Source of the DNA: a bacterium | GTDB lineage: Bacteria > UBA8248 | Direction of reading: 5' to 3' | NCBI GenBank assembly: GCA_965202625.1 | Contig: CBDBBI010000010.1 | Span: forward strand, 2,656,001-2,720,000 | DNA: 64,000 bases | Shown here: one piece after another, positions 1 to 13,464 of the stretch | How the letters are laid out: each line of letters opens with the position of its first letter | Numbering within the stretch: the stretch's first letter is position 1 | Notes under the pieces: generated by a model | What the model was told of the DNA's origin: nothing | The model's database searches: none | Seen by the model: the letters and a program-made list of their open reading frames with translations, nothing else | Program-made: the position numbers and the translations under genes

Positions 1-599
1 CCAAGTTCGACGAGACCGTCGAGGTCACCGTGAAACTGGGCGTTGACCCCCGCCATGCGGAGCAGATGGTGAGAGGAAGCGTGGTTCTGCCCAATGGCAT
101 TGGCAAGGAGGAGCGCGTCGTGGCGTTCGCCAAGGGTGAAAAAGTGTCTGAAGCCAGGGAGGCGGGCGCCGAATACGTGGGAGCGGACGATCTGGCCGAG
201 AAGATCCAGGGCGGCTGGATGGAGTTCGACCGCGTCGTGGCGACGCCTGACGTCATGAGCGTCGTGGGTAAGCTCGGGCGCCTGCTTGGGCCGCGCGGCA
301 TGATGCCCAACCCGAAATCCGGCACCGTCTCTTTCGATGTGGGCCGGATGGTCAGGGAGATCAAGGCGGGCAAGGTGGAATATCGTGTGGACAAGGCAGG
401 CATCGTTCACGCTCCGGTGGGGAAGGTGAGTTTTGAGCCAAAGGCACTCTCCGAGAACGTCTCGGCGGTCGTGGACGCGCTCGTTCGCGCGAAGCCCGCG
501 GCGAGCAAAGGGCTATATTTCAAGGGTCTCTCTATTTCCAGCACGATGGGCCCGGGTGTGCGGGTCGATCATCAATCTCTTCTCGCGGCGTTGAAATAA
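1..599 (+). CDS. rplA: 50S ribosomal protein L1 (5'-truncated by window edge)
   Basis: Frame open from base 3 ([14 protein letters not shown]); [14 protein letters not shown] and SSTMGPG L1 motifs. Confidence 0.98.
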   Translation, partial: KFDETVEVTVKLGVDPRHAEQMVRGSVVLPNGIGKEERVVAFAKGEKVSEAREAGAEYVGADDLAEKIQGGWMEFDRVVATPDVMSVVGKLGRLLGPRGMMPNPKSGTVSFDVGRMVREIKAGKVEYRVDKAGIVHAPVGKVSFEPKALSENVSAVVDALVRAKPAASKGLYFKGLSISSTMGPGVRVDHQSLLAALK

Positions 600-611
600 G
601 GAGTCTCTGAA

Positions 612-1178
612 ATGGCGACGGGCGTTATGGAGAAGGGGAGGCTGGCGAGGGGGAAAGCACCTCGCCCAGATAAGGTCGAGATGGTCCAGAATCTTCAAAA
701 TCACTTCAACGAGACCACTTCCCTGGTGTTGTTCGACTATCGCGGGCTGAACGTTTCGCAGATGACGAATTTAAGGAAGCAGACACGCGCGGCCGGCGTC
801 CGGTTGTCCGTCATCAAGAACGCGCTCGCCGAGCGCGCGCTGGAGGGCACGGGTTTCGAGCAGTTGCGCGGTAGGCTCATTGGGTCAATTTCTATCGCGA
901 CAACTGACGGCGACCCTGCGGTTCCCGCCAGAGTGTTAAAGGATTTCGTGAAAGAGCAGTCCGCGGGCGAGATCAAGGGCGGCGTTCTCGACGGGAGGTT
1001 TCTTGAGAGCGACGAGGTGAATGCGCTCGCGGATTTGCCCTCGCGCGAGGTTTTGCTCTCCAGGCTTATCGGCGCCTTGCAGTCGCCCGTGTCGGGTCTG
1101 CCGAGAATTCTGAACGGCGTCGTCGCGCAACTCATAAATATTGTTGACGCGATTGCCAGAAAGAAAAAAGAAGTGTAG
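612..1178 (+). CDS. rplJ: 50S ribosomal protein L10
   Basis: DYRGLNV, KNALA, LADLPSREVLL motifs; AAGGAG SD; lies between rplA and rplL. Confidence 0.96.
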   Translation: MATGVMEKGRLARGKAPRPDKVEMVQNLQNHFNETTSLVLFDYRGLNVSQMTNLRKQTRAAGVRLSVIKNALAERALEGTGFEQLRGRLIGSISIATTDGDPAVPARVLKDFVKEQSAGEIKGGVLDGRFLESDEVNALADLPSREVLLSRLIGALQSPVSGLPRILNGVVAQLINIVDAIARKKKEV

Positions 1179-1284
1179 AAATGTGCACTTGCTTCGAGAA
1201 TGGGCGAGTGCGTCTAATTCTCCTACGATTTGATGGCCATGACATGGCCGATGGTTATCGTGAGCGCGAGGAAAGGGCAGAATT

Positions 1285-1662
1285 GTGGCGACCAAAGAAG
1301 AAGTAGTTGATTTTATTGAAAACATGACTGTTATGGAGTTAAGCGAATTCGTCAAGGAACTTGAGGAGAAGTTTGGCGTGTCCGCCGCCCCCCCCGTGAT
1401 GATAGCTGGAGCAGGTCCCGGTGCGGGCAGTGAAGCCGAAGCGGAGGAGAAAACGGAATTCATCGTTACCCTCAAATCTTTTGGTTCACAGAAAATCAAA
1501 GTCATCAAGGCCGTACGTGAACTCACCAGCTTGGGTCTGAAAGAGGCGAAGGAGCTGGTGGAAAGCGCGCCGCAGGCAGTTTTGGAAGCGGTGCCAAAGG
1601 GAGATGCCGAGGCCGCCGCCGGTAAACTCAAAGAAGTTGGTGCGGAGGTGGAAATCGCTTAG
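1285..1662 (+). CDS. rplL: 50S ribosomal protein L7/L12
   Basis: [42 protein letters not shown]. Confidence 0.98.
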   Translation: MATKEEVVDFIENMTVMELSEFVKELEEKFGVSAAPPVMIAGAGPGAGSEAEAEEKTEFIVTLKSFGSQKIKVIKAVRELTSLGLKEAKELVESAPQAVLEAVPKGDAEAAAGKLKEVGAEVEIA

Positions 1663-1756
1663 AGCTCACCCGGGAAACCGATAACCTGGTCTTCGCTGGT
1701 CGCAGCGACGCCGGTGCTTCGCTGGAATCGTCCCTACCATCTTGAGGTGAGCCAAC

Positions 1757-4700
1757 GTGCATATGCAAAATGGCGCAAACGGCCGTCGGGTTCGTGATGA
1801 TTTTTCTTCTATTCCCGCGGTAATTGATATTCCGAATTTAATCGACATCCAGCTGACCTCCTACGAGAGATTCCTTCAGTGGGAGGCAAATCCCTCTGAG
1901 CGTCGGCCGGACGAGGGGCTTGAGGGCGTTTTTCGCAGCGTGTTCCCCATATCTGACTCGAGCGAGAGCGTAACCCTCGATTATCTGGGGTATGAAATAG
2001 GTCTTTGGGAATCGAAGCGCAATGAGTATTCGGGTCTGGGCGGCCCTGGCGTAAAAGACGAAGACGGGGTGGAGGTTTTCTGTCGGCAAAAACACGAGGC
2101 GGATGAATGCCGCCAAAGGGGAATGACCTATGTCGCGCCCTTGCGCGTCATGCTACACCTCACGGTGCATGAGCGCGATGAGCACACGAAGGAGCGACGC
2201 GTCCGGGAGGTGAAGGAGCAAAAGGTATATCTGGGCGATATTCCCCTGATGACGGAGAATGGCACCTTTATCGTCAACGGCACGGAGCGCGTCATCGTAA
2301 GTCAGATGCACCGCTCGCCCGGGGCCTTCTTCAGTGCGGACAAGACGAAGCCCGCCGCCAAGTCCGCCTTCACGGCCAGGCTCATTCCCTACCGCGGCAG
2401 CTGGCTGGATTTCGAGTTTGACAGCAAGGAATGGCTCTACGTCCGCATCGACAGGCGTCGCAAGCTTCCCGTCACTATCCTCCTGCGCGCGTTTGGCCTG
2501 GACAAGGACGACATTCTGAATTCCTTTTATCAGAGTGAGGATATTTTCTACGACGAGAAGCGCGACGCTTATTACAAGAAGCTCTCCGAACTTATGGTGA
2601 ATCAGCGGATTTTCGAGGATATCGTTCTTCCCGAGACGGGCGAGCTGGTACTGCGGGCGGGGCGGAAGTTCACGCGTGCGGCCTTGCGGAAACTCCAGGA
2701 CGCGGGTGTCGAGAACCTCGAACTCCAGGATACGGAAGTCGTCGGGGGTATTCTCGCCCAGCCTGTGGCGGATCCCGAAACCGGCGAGGTGCTCTTCGAC
2801 ACGAATCTGGAGATCACCTCGGAGGTGCTCGCCGCCCTGCGCGAGAAGAAAATCCCGAAGCTGGCGATTCTCTACGTTTCCGGCGTCGGCGCAGACAGAA
2901 CTATCCGTGACACCCTTACGGGGGATAAATGCGAGACGCGCGAAGACGCTCTCGTGGAGATCTACAAGCGCCTGCGCCCGGGCGATCCGCCGACGAAAGA
3001 AACGGCGCGACTCCTATTCGAGAACCTTTTCTTCAACGCGAAGCGATATGACTTGTCCCGCATCGGACGCCTGAAGCTGAACACGAAGCTGGGTCTCAAC
3101 CTCCCGCCAGATCAGAGGACTCTGACGCTCGACGACGTCACCGCCACGGTGCGCTACATTATCGAGCTGCGTCACGGACAAGGCTCTGTGGACGACATCG
3201 ATCATCTCGGCAACCGGCGCGTGCGTTCGGTCGGCGAACTGCTTGAGAGCCAGTTTCGCGTCGGTCTCGTGCGCATGGAGCGCGCCATTCGAGAGCGACT
3301 CAGTATCCAGGACATGGACAATATTCTGGTTCGCGATCTCGTCAACTCCAAGATGATAACGGCTGCGGTGAAGGAATTCTTTGGCTCTAGCCAGTTGAGT
3401 CAGTTCATGGACCAGACGAATCCGCTCTCTGAAATTACACATAAACGCAGGCTCTCCGCCCTAGGCCCTGGGGGTTTGACGCGCGACAGGGCGGGTTTCG
3501 AGGTGCGCGATGTTCACGCCACGCACTATGGCCGCATCTGTCCTATCGAGACGCCCGAGGGACCAAACATCGGTTTGATAGCGAGCCTTTCTACGTATGC
3601 GCGCGTGAACCCCTACGGTTTCATCGAAACACCCTGCCGCAAGGTGGTGAACGGGCGCGTCGGCGAATCTGTCGAATGGCTCTCGGCGATCGACGAGGAT
3701 AAGTACAAGATAGCCCAGGCGAACGCGCCAGTGGACCAGCTGGGGAACCTCGTCAATGAGTTCGTCTCGGCGAGGACGAACGGTGAGTTCATCATGGTAC
3801 CGCGTGACCAAGTGGACTATATGGACGTCTCTCCAAAGCAGCTGGTGAGCGTGGCCACTTCCCTCATCCCCTTTCTTGAGAACGACGACGCCAACCGCGC
3901 GCTCATGGGGTCGAACATGCAGCGTCAGGCGGTTCCCCTGTTGCGACCCGAGGCCCCCTTCGTTGGGACCGGCATGGAAGGAATCGCCGCGCGTGACTCA
4001 GGTGCGGTCGTCATTGCGCGCTGCGACGGCGAGGTGGTGAGTGCGGATGCGGCGCGCATCGTCATTCGCGCGACCGAGCAAGACGGAGACGTGGCCGAGG
4101 AGGGCGTATTCATTCACAACTTGGTGAAATATCGCCGCTCGAACCAGAATACGTGCATTAACCAGAAGCCTATCGTGCATGTGGGGCAAAGGGTGAAGAA
4201 GGGCGATATCGTCGCGGACGGTTTCTCCACGGACCAGGGCGAGCTCGCCTTGGGCCGAAACATGCTCGTCGCCTTCATGCCCTGGAACGGTTACAACTTC
4301 GAGGACGCCATCGTCATCTCTGAGAAGGTGGTGAAAGAGGACATCTACACTTCCTTGCACATAGAGGAATTCGAGCTCGAGGCGCGCGACACGAAGCAAG
4401 GCGCCGAGGAGATTACGCGGGATATTCCGAACCAGAGCGAGGAGGCACTGCGGGACCTTGACGAGAGCGGCATCATTCGCGTGGGAGCGCGCGTCAAACC
4501 CGGCGACGTCCTCGCTGGACGCATCACGCCGAAAGGAGAAACGCAACTCAGCCCGGAGGAGAAACTTCTGCGCGCTATCTTTGGCGAGAAGGCGGGCGAC
4601 GTTCGCGACTCCTCGCTCAGGGTGCCCCCTGGAATCGAGGGGACGGTCGTGGAGGTTCGGGTATTCTCCCGCCGCGGCGCGGCGAAAGACAGCCGAATGA

Positions 4701-5803
4701 TCGAACTGGAAGGTGTGGAGATCAGCAGGCTAGAGAAGGACTATGGCGACGAGATCCGAATTCTGAACGAGGAGGGCGACGCTAGAATCCGCTCCCTTCT
4801 CCTCGGGCGGCGTGTCCGCGCTAAGGTGCTTCACCCGAGAACGAGCGAGATTCTCTACGCCAAGGGAAATGAGCTCGAAGCGGAGGGTTTGGCGAACTTC
4901 AGCGGTGTCAACCTTCTGAAACTGCCAGTTGAAAAAGAACTGACCGAGCAGATCAAGGCGATGTCCAATCGGACGGACGAGCAAGTGCAGCTGCTCGAAA
5001 GCATACTGACGGAGAAGATAGAGAAGCTCCAGCGCGGCAACGAGCTTCCCCCCGGCGTCCTCAAGATGGTGAAGGTCTATGTCGCGATGAAACGCAAACT
5101 CCAGGTAGGAGACAAGATGGCGGGCCGCCACGGAAACAAGGGCGTCGTGTCCATCATCGTTCCAGAGGAGGACATGCCCCGCCTAGAGGATGGCACGCCC
5201 ATCGAGATTGTCTTGAACCCCCTCGGCGTGCCCTCGCGCATGAACGTCGGCCAGATTCTGGAGACGAACCTCGGATGGGCTGCCAAGGTGTTGGGCAAGC
5301 ATTTCGCTACGCCGGTGTTTGACGGCGCGACGGAGGAAGACATCGTCCGCTACACGGATGAGGCGGGGTTGCCCCCTTATGGCAAAACCCGGCTGTATGA
5401 CGGGAAAAACGGACAGCCCTTTGAGCAGAAGGTCACTGTGGGAATGATCTACATGCTCAAGCTGCACCACCTCGTGGACGATAAGATCCACGCGCGCTCG
5501 ACGGGTCCGTATTCTCTGGTTACACAACAGCCCTTGGGCGGCAAGGCGCAGTTTGGGGGGCAGCGCCTCGGCGAGATGGAAGTGTGGGCGCTTGAGGCGT
5601 ATGGTGCCGCCAAGACGCTGCAGGAGATACTGACGGTGAAGAGCGACGACGTTTCTGGCCGCACGAAGATGTATGAATCTATCGTCAAAGGAGAGAACTT
5701 GCTTGAGGCGAGCTTGCCCGAGTCTTTCAACGTGTTAATGAAGGAGCTTCAAAGCCTCGCCCTTGACGTCGAACTGATCGAGAGCGGCGAGGTGCCGAGC
5801 TAG
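1757..5803 (+). CDS. rpoB: DNA-directed RNA polymerase subunit beta
   Basis: [58 protein letters not shown]; 1348 aa. Confidence 0.99.
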   Translation: MHMQNGANGRRVRDDFSSIPAVIDIPNLIDIQLTSYERFLQWEANPSERRPDEGLEGVFRSVFPISDSSESVTLDYLGYEIGLWESKRNEYSGLGGPGVKDEDGVEVFCRQKHEADECRQRGMTYVAPLRVMLHLTVHERDEHTKERRVREVKEQKVYLGDIPLMTENGTFIVNGTERVIVSQMHRSPGAFFSADKTKPAAKSAFTARLIPYRGSWLDFEFDSKEWLYVRIDRRRKLPVTILLRAFGLDKDDILNSFYQSEDIFYDEKRDAYYKKLSELMVNQRIFEDIVLPETGELVLRAGRKFTRAALRKLQDAGVENLELQDTEVVGGILAQPVADPETGEVLFDTNLEITSEVLAALREKKIPKLAILYVSGVGADRTIRDTLTGDKCETREDALVEIYKRLRPGDPPTKETARLLFENLFFNAKRYDLSRIGRLKLNTKLGLNLPPDQRTLTLDDVTATVRYIIELRHGQGSVDDIDHLGNRRVRSVGELLESQFRVGLVRMERAIRERLSIQDMDNILVRDLVNSKMITAAVKEFFGSSQLSQFMDQTNPLSEITHKRRLSALGPGGLTRDRAGFEVRDVHATHYGRICPIETPEGPNIGLIASLSTYARVNPYGFIETPCRKVVNGRVGESVEWLSAIDEDKYKIAQANAPVDQLGNLVNEFVSARTNGEFIMVPRDQVDYMDVSPKQLVSVATSLIPFLENDDANRALMGSNMQRQAVPLLRPEAPFVGTGMEGIAARDSGAVVIARCDGEVVSADAARIVIRATEQDGDVAEEGVFIHNLVKYRRSNQNTCINQKPIVHVGQRVKKGDIVADGFSTDQGELALGRNMLVAFMPWNGYNFEDAIVISEKVVKEDIYTSLHIEEFELEARDTKQGAEEITRDIPNQSEEALRDLDESGIIRVGARVKPGDVLAGRITPKGETQLSPEEKLLRAIFGEKAGDVRDSSLRVPPGIEGTVVEVRVFSRRGAAKDSRMIELEGVEISRLEKDYGDEIRILNEEGDARIRSLLLGRRVRAKVLHPRTSEILYAKGNELEAEGLANFSGVNLLKLPVEKELTEQIKAMSNRTDEQVQLLESILTEKIEKLQRGNELPPGVLKMVKVYVAMKRKLQVGDKMAGRHGNKGVVSIIVPEEDMPRLEDGTPIEIVLNPLGVPSRMNVGQILETNLGWAAKVLGKHFATPVFDGATEEDIVRYTDEAGLPPYGKTRLYDGKNGQPFEQKVTVGMIYMLKLHHLVDDKIHARSTGPYSLVTQQPLGGKAQFGGQRLGEMEVWALEAYGAAKTLQEILTVKSDDVSGRTKMYESIVKGENLLEASLPESFNVLMKELQSLALDVELIESGEVPS

Positions 5804-5953
5804 GCTCCCCGCTTAGGAGCGGTGACGCCGAATTTTAGGAGACTCGGATCGTGTGTGAGAGACGCTTGATGAGGGGGTGTTCGTCCCGTTTGCCCGGCCG
5901 TTCCGTTGGCCGTCGCCCAGAGGATGGCGCGGGCGCTCCCAAGGAGGATTGAA

Positions 5954-8900
5954 TTGGACAGTAGCTTGAATTTATTCGAGAAGCCAAAAGATCCTGTTTC
6001 GTTCGATGCGATACGCATTCGCCTTGCCTCTCCCCACATCATCCGCGCCTGGTCTTCGGGGGAGGTGAAAAAGCCCGAGACTATCAACTACAGGACCTTC
6101 CGGCCCGAGCGCGACGGGTTGTTTTGTGCGGTCATATTCGGTCCTCAGAAAGATTATGAATGTCTATGCGGCAAATACAAACGCATGAAGTATAGGGGCG
6201 TGGTTTGCGAGAAGTGCGGGGTTGAGGTCATCTCCTCGAAGGTGAGGCGCGATCGCCTGGGCCACATCGAGCTGGCCACGCCCGTCTCCCACGTGTGGTT
6301 CTTCAAGGGCCTTCCAAGCCGAATCGGCAATGTGCTCGACATGACGCTGCGCGAGTTGGAGCGCATCCTTTATTTCGAGAGCTACGTCGTCATCGATCCG
6401 GGCGAGACGGAACTCAAAAAGTTCGACCTCCTCACGGAGGAGCAATACCGAAAGATAGCGGAGGAATACGATGAGGATGAATGCCGAGTCGGCATCGGCG
6501 CGGAGGCGATTCGAGAGTTGCTGGACCAGATAGACCTGGAGGCGCTCTCCGCGCAGCTGAAGGAAGAAATTCAGGAGACGTCGAACTTGCAGAAACGCCG
6601 CAAGCTTATCAAGCGTTTGAAAGTGGTGGATGCTTTCAGGAATTCGGGCAACCACCCGGAGTGGATGATACTTGAGGTCATTCCGGTGTTGCCGCCGGAG
6701 CTTCGTCCGCTGGTGCCGCTCGACGGTGGCCGCTTCGCCACGAGCGACTTGAATGACCTCTACCGCCGGGTGATCAACCGCAACAATCGCCTGCTCAAAC
6801 TCCAGGAGTTGCGGGCACCGGACATCATCATCAGAAACGAGAAGCGCATGCTTCAAGAGGCGGTGGACGCGCTGTTCGACAATGGACGCCGGGGCCGCTT
6901 GCTCCGGGGACCGAACAAGCGCCCGCTCAAGAGCCTATCGGATATGCTCAAGGGCAAGCAGGGACGGTTTCGCCAGAATCTTCTGGGCAAGCGGGTGGAC
7001 TACTCAGGCCGCTCGGTCATCGTCATCGGACCGGAACTCAAGTTCAACCAATGTGGTTTGCCGAAGAAGATGGCACTGGAGCTTTTTAAGCCTTTCATCT
7101 TCAACCGCCTGGAGGAGAAGGGCCTGGTCTCCACGATCAAGGCGGCGAAGAAAATGGTTGAGGAGGAGCGTCCGGAAGTCTGGGACGTGCTTGAGGAGGT
7201 GGTACGCAACCATCCGGTCATACTCAACCGCGCGCCCACTCTGCATCGGATGGGCATGCAGGCGTTTATGCCCGTCTTAGTGGAGGGCAAGGCCATTCGC
7301 GTGCACCCTCTGGTCTGTGCGGCGTTCAATGCGGATTTTGACGGCGACCAGATGGCGGTGCACGTGCCCCTTTCGGTGGAGGCGGTGGAGGAGACGCGCG
7401 TGCTGATGCTCTCGGCGAACAACATTCTCTCGCCGGCCAACGGCACGCCCCTCGCCGTTCCCAGCCAGGACATCATTCTGGGTTGCTACTATCTGACGAA
7501 ACCGCGCGGCGGATCGGTGGGAGAAGGCCACGTGTTTGGCAACGTGGACGAGGCCAGAGTTGCCTACGATCAGGGGGAGGTAGGACTGCAAACCCGCATC
7601 CGGATTCGTCTAGGGGATGAGCTGGTGGAGACCACCGTCGGGCGCGTTCTGCTGTATGAGATATTGCCGGAGGGCGTTCCGTTCGATGCGGCGAATTGCG
7701 TCATGGACAAGCGCGCGCTCACTCGGCTCGTCGCCACCTGCTATGAGAAGGCGGGCCGCTCGAAGACGGTGACGTTTCTCGACGCGCTCAAGAATCTCGG
7801 CTTCACGCACGCCACCCAGGCGGGGATTTCGATCTCCATCGACGACATGAAAGTGCCCGACAGCAAGGGGCAGCTCACCGAGCAGGCCAGAAGCGGGGTG
7901 CTTGGCGTGGAGAACGAATACCGCGAAGGCCTCATCACGGACGGGGAGCGCTACAACAAGATCATCGACATCTGGTCGCATGTAACGGAGGAAGTCTCGG
8001 GCGAGATGTTCAAGGTGCTGGAGCAAGAGGATGATTCCGCAATGAGCGGGCCGGGAGGCTCTGATGGCCAGCCGTTCGACTTCAACCCCATCTACATCAT
8101 GGCGGACTCCGGCGCGCGCGGAAGCACGGCCCAGTTGCGTCAACTGGGTGGAATGAGAGGCTTGATGGCGAAACCATCGGGCGAGATCATCGAGACGCCG
8201 ATCACGGCGAACTTTCGTGAGGGCCTCTCGGTGCTTCAGTACTTCATCTCCACGCACGGGGCACGCAAGGGGTTGGCGGACACCGCTCTCAAGACGGCGA
8301 ACAGCGGTTACCTCACGCGGCGGCTGGTGGACGTGGCCCAGGACATCATCATAAACGAGGAAGACTGCGGAACGATCAATGGCATTGAGATGAGTTCCCT
8401 AGTCGAGGGAGGCGAGATCATCCAAGCGCTGGGTGAGCGGATCATCGGCCGAATTGCCCTCGAAGACATCAAGGATCCCTTCAACAGCGAGGTTCTTTGC
8501 TTGGCGGGCGAGGAGATTGACGAGCAGAAGACGCGCCTCATCGACAATGCGGGCGGCGTGGAGAAGGTCACGATTCGCTCCGTCCTCACGTGCGAGTCCC
8601 ACACGGGCGTCTGCTCGAAATGCTATGGTCGAAGTCTCGCCACGGGACAACTCGTGGAGGTGGGAGAGGCGGTCGGCGTCATCGCCGCGCAATCGATTGG
8701 CGAGCCCGGCACGCAGCTCACCATGCGGACGTTTCACATCGGTGGTACCGCCACGCGCGCTGGTGAACAAAGCACGGTGGAGGCCAAGCGTGAAGGTTTC
8801 GTGAAATACATCGACCTGCGGATCATCACGACCGAGAAGGGCGATATGATCAACATGAACCGCAACGGCCAGATAGCCATCTGCGATGAGACGGGCCGTG

Positions 8901-10108
8901 AGCGCGAGCGTTATCCGGTGGTGTATGGTGCCTACGTTCGCTCCCGAGAGGATTCCAAGGTGAGCGAGGGGGAGATTCTCCTCGAGTGGGACCCTTACAC
9001 GTTTTCCATCATGGCGGAGAAGGAAGGCGCCGTCGCGCTGATCGACGTCATTGAAGGCCTCACTATGCAGGAGGAGATCGACGAGATCACCGGTCTTTCC
9101 CGCCGGGTGATACTGGATCACGCCGATGAGAAACTTCAGCCGCGCGCCGCCCTGCTTGATGACGCCGGCGAACAAATCTCTGTGTATCCCCTGCCGGCTG
9201 GAGCGCATATTAGCGTTCAGGACGGAGAGGCGATTTCCTCGGGGGACATCATCTTCAAGATCACGCGCGAAACGTCCAAGACCAAGGACATTACGGGTGG
9301 GCTACCGCGTGTAGTCGAATTGTTTGAGGCGCGCAAGCCAAAAGAGAACGCCGTCATCTCCGAGATCAACGGGCACGTGAAATTTGCTGGCACGCTTCGG
9401 GGGATGCGGCGCCTCATGGTCGTTTCCGATGAGGGTGATGAGCGCGAATATCTGATTCCCCGCGGCAAACACGTGAACGTGCAGGAAGGAGATAACGTTG
9501 TGGCGGGCGAGCCTCTCATGGACGGGGCGGTGAACCCGCACGACATTTTGGCCGTGCTCGGCGAGAATGAATTACGAAATTATCTCGTCAACGAGGTGCA
9601 AGAAGTGTATCGCCTCCAGGGCGTGAACATCAATGACAAGCACATTGAGATCATCGTTCGCCAGATGCTCAGAAGGCTCGAAGTCGTCGATCCGGGAGAG
9701 ACGGACCTCGTCATTGGAGAGCAGGTGACGCGCGACATGTTCCAAAGGTGCAACCAGGAGGCGCAGAAGGAGGGAAGAACTCCCGCCACGGGCCAACCCA
9801 TCCTCTTGGGCATCACTCGGGCTTCCTTATCCACGGATAGTTTTATCTCGGCGGCTTCCTTTCAGGAAACCACACGCGTTCTCACGCAGGCCGCGGTTTC
9901 GGGAAAAGTGGATTTTCTGCGTGGCTTGAAAGAGAACGTAATTATGGGGAGGCTCATTCCGGCAGGGACTGGAGCGCGTCGATATCAGCAGGTGGAACTC
10001 CTGTCCCCCGGAGTGGATCTGGCGCCCATCGGTGATGACATTCCCGCCGTCATGGACGAGCAGGAGGAGATGGTCTCCGCGACCGAGGAAGGGGCATCTT
10101 CAGAATAG
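5954..10108 (+). CDS. rpoC: DNA-directed RNA polymerase subunit beta'
   Basis: NADFDGDQM catalytic motif, N-terminal Zn finger; start placed at TTG 5954 after AAGGAGG (5941-5947). Confidence 0.99.
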   Translation: MDSSLNLFEKPKDPVSFDAIRIRLASPHIIRAWSSGEVKKPETINYRTFRPERDGLFCAVIFGPQKDYECLCGKYKRMKYRGVVCEKCGVEVISSKVRRDRLGHIELATPVSHVWFFKGLPSRIGNVLDMTLRELERILYFESYVVIDPGETELKKFDLLTEEQYRKIAEEYDEDECRVGIGAEAIRELLDQIDLEALSAQLKEEIQETSNLQKRRKLIKRLKVVDAFRNSGNHPEWMILEVIPVLPPELRPLVPLDGGRFATSDLNDLYRRVINRNNRLLKLQELRAPDIIIRNEKRMLQEAVDALFDNGRRGRLLRGPNKRPLKSLSDMLKGKQGRFRQNLLGKRVDYSGRSVIVIGPELKFNQCGLPKKMALELFKPFIFNRLEEKGLVSTIKAAKKMVEEERPEVWDVLEEVVRNHPVILNRAPTLHRMGMQAFMPVLVEGKAIRVHPLVCAAFNADFDGDQMAVHVPLSVEAVEETRVLMLSANNILSPANGTPLAVPSQDIILGCYYLTKPRGGSVGEGHVFGNVDEARVAYDQGEVGLQTRIRIRLGDELVETTVGRVLLYEILPEGVPFDAANCVMDKRALTRLVATCYEKAGRSKTVTFLDALKNLGFTHATQAGISISIDDMKVPDSKGQLTEQARSGVLGVENEYREGLITDGERYNKIIDIWSHVTEEVSGEMFKVLEQEDDSAMSGPGGSDGQPFDFNPIYIMADSGARGSTAQLRQLGGMRGLMAKPSGEIIETPITANFREGLSVLQYFISTHGARKGLADTALKTANSGYLTRRLVDVAQDIIINEEDCGTINGIEMSSLVEGGEIIQALGERIIGRIALEDIKDPFNSEVLCLAGEEIDEQKTRLIDNAGGVEKVTIRSVLTCESHTGVCSKCYGRSLATGQLVEVGEAVGVIAAQSIGEPGTQLTMRTFHIGGTATRAGEQSTVEAKREGFVKYIDLRIITTEKGDMINMNRNGQIAICDETGRERERYPVVYGAYVRSREDSKVSEGEILLEWDPYTFSIMAEKEGAVALIDVIEGLTMQEEIDEITGLSRRVILDHADEKLQPRAALLDDAGEQISVYPLPAGAHISVQDGEAISSGDIIFKITRETSKTKDITGGLPRVVELFEARKPKENAVISEINGHVKFAGTLRGMRRLMVVSDEGDEREYLIPRGKHVNVQEGDNVVAGEPLMDGAVNPHDILAVLGENELRNYLVNEVQEVYRLQGVNINDKHIEIIVRQMLRRLEVVDPGETDLVIGEQVTRDMFQRCNQEAQKEGRTPATGQPILLGITRASLSTDSFISAASFQETTRVLTQAAVSGKVDFLRGLKENVIMGRLIPAGTGARRYQQVELLSPGVDLAPIGDDIPAVMDEQEEMVSATEEGASSE

Positions 10109-10143
10109 CCCCTTGAAAATCTATATTTTTCAACCGTTCGCGG

Positions 10144-10171
10144 TTGACAAGCGTAGGGGTTTGGCTATAAT
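10144..10171 (+). promoter_or_regulatory. sigma70-type promoter of the str operon
   Basis: Exact TTGACA (10144-10149) - 16 nt - TATAAT (10166-10171) upstream of rpsL. Confidence 0.8.
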
Positions 10172-10371
10172 CGCCGTTCTTTGCGCGTGCTTGCGTGATT
10201 TACGGACCTCCGTAGCCATGTAATCATTCGGAATCATTGTGTATATTTGATTCATCCCGTCTTGGTACTCGGCCCAAAAGGGAGGGAGTTTCCGAGATGA
10301 TTGTGAAGATTGCTTTGAGCTCGGAAGGGGATAGTTTTCGGGAGCGACTTTTCTCGACCTTGGAGTGAACG

Positions 10372-10743
10372 GTGCCGACGATCAACCAATTGATACGCAA
10401 GGGACGCAAGCGGATTCAGACGAAAACTGACAGCCCGGCGTTGCGCAACTGTCCCCAGAAGCGCGGCGTTTGTGTGCGCGTGTATACGACGACGCCCAAG
10501 AAACCGAACTCCGCGCTCAGAAAAGTTGCGCGCGTGCGACTTACTAACGGCATGGAGGTGACTACTTACATTCCGGGCGAGGGACATAACCTTCAGGAGC
10601 ACTCCATCGTTTTGATTCGGGGCGGACGCGTGAAGGATTTGCCCGGCATCCGCTATCATGTCGTTCGAGGCACGCTGGATACCGTGGGCGTGGAGGCGCG
10701 CCGCAACGGCCGCTCCAAATACGGGGCCAAAAAACCGAAATGA
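10372..10743 (+). CDS. rpsL: 30S ribosomal protein S12
   Basis: [25 protein letters not shown]. Confidence 0.99.
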   Translation: MPTINQLIRKGRKRIQTKTDSPALRNCPQKRGVCVRVYTTTPKKPNSALRKVARVRLTNGMEVTTYIPGEGHNLQEHSIVLIRGGRVKDLPGIRYHVVRGTLDTVGVEARRNGRSKYGAKKPK

Positions 10744-10794
10744 GCGAGGTTTGCCCTTGACGCTCAAGATATAAAAGGGAGGTTCATTCTTTCC

Positions 10795-11262
10795 ATGGCG
10801 AGAAGAAAGAGAGCCACGAGAAGAACCATTTTGCCGGATCCAAAATTCAACGACCGGATGGTGACGAAATTCATCAACTCCTTGATGCTCAAGGGAAAGA
10901 AGAGTTTGGCGGAGCGCGTGTTCTACGGAGCGATGGACGTGGTCGAGGAGAAGATGAAGGAAGATCCAATCAAAATATTCAAGCGCGCCATGGACAACGT
11001 GAAGCCTGCTCTTGAGGTTCGCTCCAGACGCGTGGGCGGTGCCACCTATCAGGTGCCCGTGGAGGTGCGGCCCGACAGGCGTACGGCCCTAAGCATCCGT
11101 TGGATCATCCAGAACGCCCGAAGTCGGGATCGAAAGATAGCGCACGGCCTTGCCTCCGAAATTATGGACGCTGCGAACGATACGGGCGGCGCGGTTCGTT
11201 TGAAAGAGAATACGCATCGCATGGCGGAGGCGAACAAGGCGTTCGCCCATTATCGCTGGTAG
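10795..11262 (+). CDS. rpsG: 30S ribosomal protein S7
   Basis: [26 protein letters not shown]. Confidence 0.99.
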   Translation: MARRKRATRRTILPDPKFNDRMVTKFINSLMLKGKKSLAERVFYGAMDVVEEKMKEDPIKIFKRAMDNVKPALEVRSRRVGGATYQVPVEVRPDRRTALSIRWIIQNARSRDRKIAHGLASEIMDAANDTGGAVRLKENTHRMAEANKAFAHYRW

Positions 11263-11282
11263 ATTCGAGGGAAGGACGAGGC

Positions 11283-13391
11283 GTGCCAAAAGAAACGATG
11301 CTCGAAAAGACGAGAAACATCGGCATCATGGCGCACATCGACGCCGGTAAGACAACTACGACCGAGCGCATCCTGTTTTACACGGGCAGAACTCACAAGA
11401 TAGGCGAGGTTCACGACGGCGCGGCCACCATGGACTGGATGGCGCAGGAGCAGGAGCGCGGCATCACGATTACGTCTGCAGCGACGCGCTGCGCCTGGAA
11501 CGATCATGTCATCAACATCATCGACACGCCTGGCCACGTGGACTTCACGGCCGAGGTGGAAAGAAGTCTGCGTGTTCTTGATGGCGCGGTGGCTGTGTTC
11601 TGCGCCGTGGGCGGTGTAGAGCCGCAAAGCGAGACGGTATGGCGACAGGCGGAGAAATACGGCGTACCTCGCCTCGTGTTCGTCAATAAAATGGATAGGA
11701 CGGGCGCGGACTTCACTCGCGTGGTGGAGGAGGTGAGAGAGCGCCTCGCCGCGAATCCGCTCGTGCTTCAGGCACCGATAGGGGCCGAGGAGGACTTCTC
11801 GGGCATGGTAGATATCGTGACCATGAAGGCGCGAGTGTTCAGGGATCCGATGGGCGCGTCCTACGAGGAGGCAGAGGTGCCCGAGGAGATGCGGTCGGAG
11901 GTGGCGGATTTAAGGGAGAATCTCTTCGACGCCCTCTCGATGTTCGATGATTCGCTGTTGGAGAAATACTTGGAGGGAAAGGAAATTTCTTCGGCGGAGA
12001 TTCGTGCCGCGGTTCGTCGGGGGACGCTGGCGGGCGAATTCGTGCCCGTTGTATGCGGCGCGGCGTTCAGGAACAAAGGCGTGCAGCTTTTGCTCGACGC
12101 CATCGTGGATTATCTTCCCTCCCCCCTCGACATTCCGCCGATTCAGGCGGTCCTCTCGGATGCGGATTTAGAATTGGGTAGAAGGCCCGAGGATCGGGCA
12201 CCAGCAGACGATGCTCCCCTGTGCGCCTTGGCTTTCAAGGTGATGACAGACTCTTACGTCGGTCAACTGGTGTTTATGCGCATATATTCCGGCGTGCTGA
12301 AATCCGGCTCCGCTGTGTTGAATACGACTACTGGAAAGCAAGAGCGCGTCGGGCGGCTCATGCGAATGCACGCGAACAAGCGCGAAGAAATAGGGGAGGC
12401 CCATGCGGGGGATATCGTCGCCGCATTGGGCATCAAGCAGGCGAAAACGGGCCATACCCTCTCTGATCCCGTTCATCCCGTCCTTCTTGAAACCATCCAC
12501 TTTCCCGAACCCGTCATCTCCATCGCAATTGAGCCGAAGACGAAGTCGGACCAGGATAAGCTCGGCACCGCCCTCGCTAGGCTTTCGAACGAGGACCCGA
12601 CCTTTCGGGTGCGCTCCGATGAAGAAACTGCGCAGACCATTCTCTCCGGCATGGGGGAGCTTCATTTGGAAGTTCTGGTGGACAGGCTTTTCAGGGAATT
12701 CGCGCTGGAGGCCAGTGTGGGCAAGCCCCAGGTGGCTTATCGGGAGACGATTCGGGCGGAGGCCGTCGCTCATGGACGCTTCGTGCGCCAATCCGGCGGG
12801 CGAGGGCAGTTCGGTGACGTGGAAATCGCGATCAAGCCTCTCGTTCCTGGCAGCGGCTTTCAATTCGTCAACAAAATTGTAGGCGGCGTGATTCCAAGAG
12901 AATATGTTCCAGCGGTGGAGAGCGGTGTCAAGGAGGCCATGGAAAACGGCGTCCTCGCGGGGTATCCGCTTCTCGACGTAGAAGTTACGCTTTTTGATGG
13001 TTCTTTTCATCAGGTGGACAGCTCCGAGATGGCTTTCAAAATTGCCGGCTCCATGGCTTTTAAGGAGGCCGCGCGGAAAGCCAACCCAGTCCTACTCGAA
13101 CCCGTTATGGATGTGGAGGTGGTGTGTCCTGCGGATTTCCTGGGCGACGTCATGGGTGATCTTACTTCTCGCCGCGGCCGAATTCGTGAAATGGAGGACA
13201 GGGCGGGAGCGAAGGCGGTGAGCGCCTCCGTCCCTTTGTCGGAGGTGTTTGGCTACGCGACCGATTTGCGATCGATGACCCAGGGCAGGGCGACCTATAC
13301 GATGCAATTTGGGCGCTATGAGGAGACGCCTCGACAGCTTTCCGAGGAACTCGTGGCGCGAAACGTTGGTGCGGCGGCCCACACGGCGTAG
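11283..13391 (+). CDS. fusA: Elongation factor G
   Basis: [23 protein letters not shown]; start placed at GTG 11283. Confidence 0.98.
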   Translation: MPKETMLEKTRNIGIMAHIDAGKTTTTERILFYTGRTHKIGEVHDGAATMDWMAQEQERGITITSAATRCAWNDHVINIIDTPGHVDFTAEVERSLRVLDGAVAVFCAVGGVEPQSETVWRQAEKYGVPRLVFVNKMDRTGADFTRVVEEVRERLAANPLVLQAPIGAEEDFSGMVDIVTMKARVFRDPMGASYEEAEVPEEMRSEVADLRENLFDALSMFDDSLLEKYLEGKEISSAEIRAAVRRGTLAGEFVPVVCGAAFRNKGVQLLLDAIVDYLPSPLDIPPIQAVLSDADLELGRRPEDRAPADDAPLCALAFKVMTDSYVGQLVFMRIYSGVLKSGSAVLNTTTGKQERVGRLMRMHANKREEIGEAHAGDIVAALGIKQAKTGHTLSDPVHPVLLETIHFPEPVISIAIEPKTKSDQDKLGTALARLSNEDPTFRVRSDEETAQTILSGMGELHLEVLVDRLFREFALEASVGKPQVAYRETIRAEAVAHGRFVRQSGGRGQFGDVEIAIKPLVPGSGFQFVNKIVGGVIPREYVPAVESGVKEAMENGVLAGYPLLDVEVTLFDGSFHQVDSSEMAFKIAGSMAFKEAARKANPVLLEPVMDVEVVCPADFLGDVMGDLTSRRGRIREMEDRAGAKAVSASVPLSEVFGYATDLRSMTQGRATYTMQFGRYEETPRQLSEELVARNVGAAAHTA

Positions 13392-13464
13392 CTCTGTTTC
13401 CTGAGAGACGGCGCGCGGCCCGCTCCCATCTCTGGATATAAGACGAAAAGGAGAAAGAGGCTCC

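Noticed and set aside
8015-8085. Short Gly/Ser-rich insert in RpoC ([18 protein letters not shown])
   Set aside because: Falls in a known length-variable loop before FN.I..M..SGARG; too short for an intein or domain
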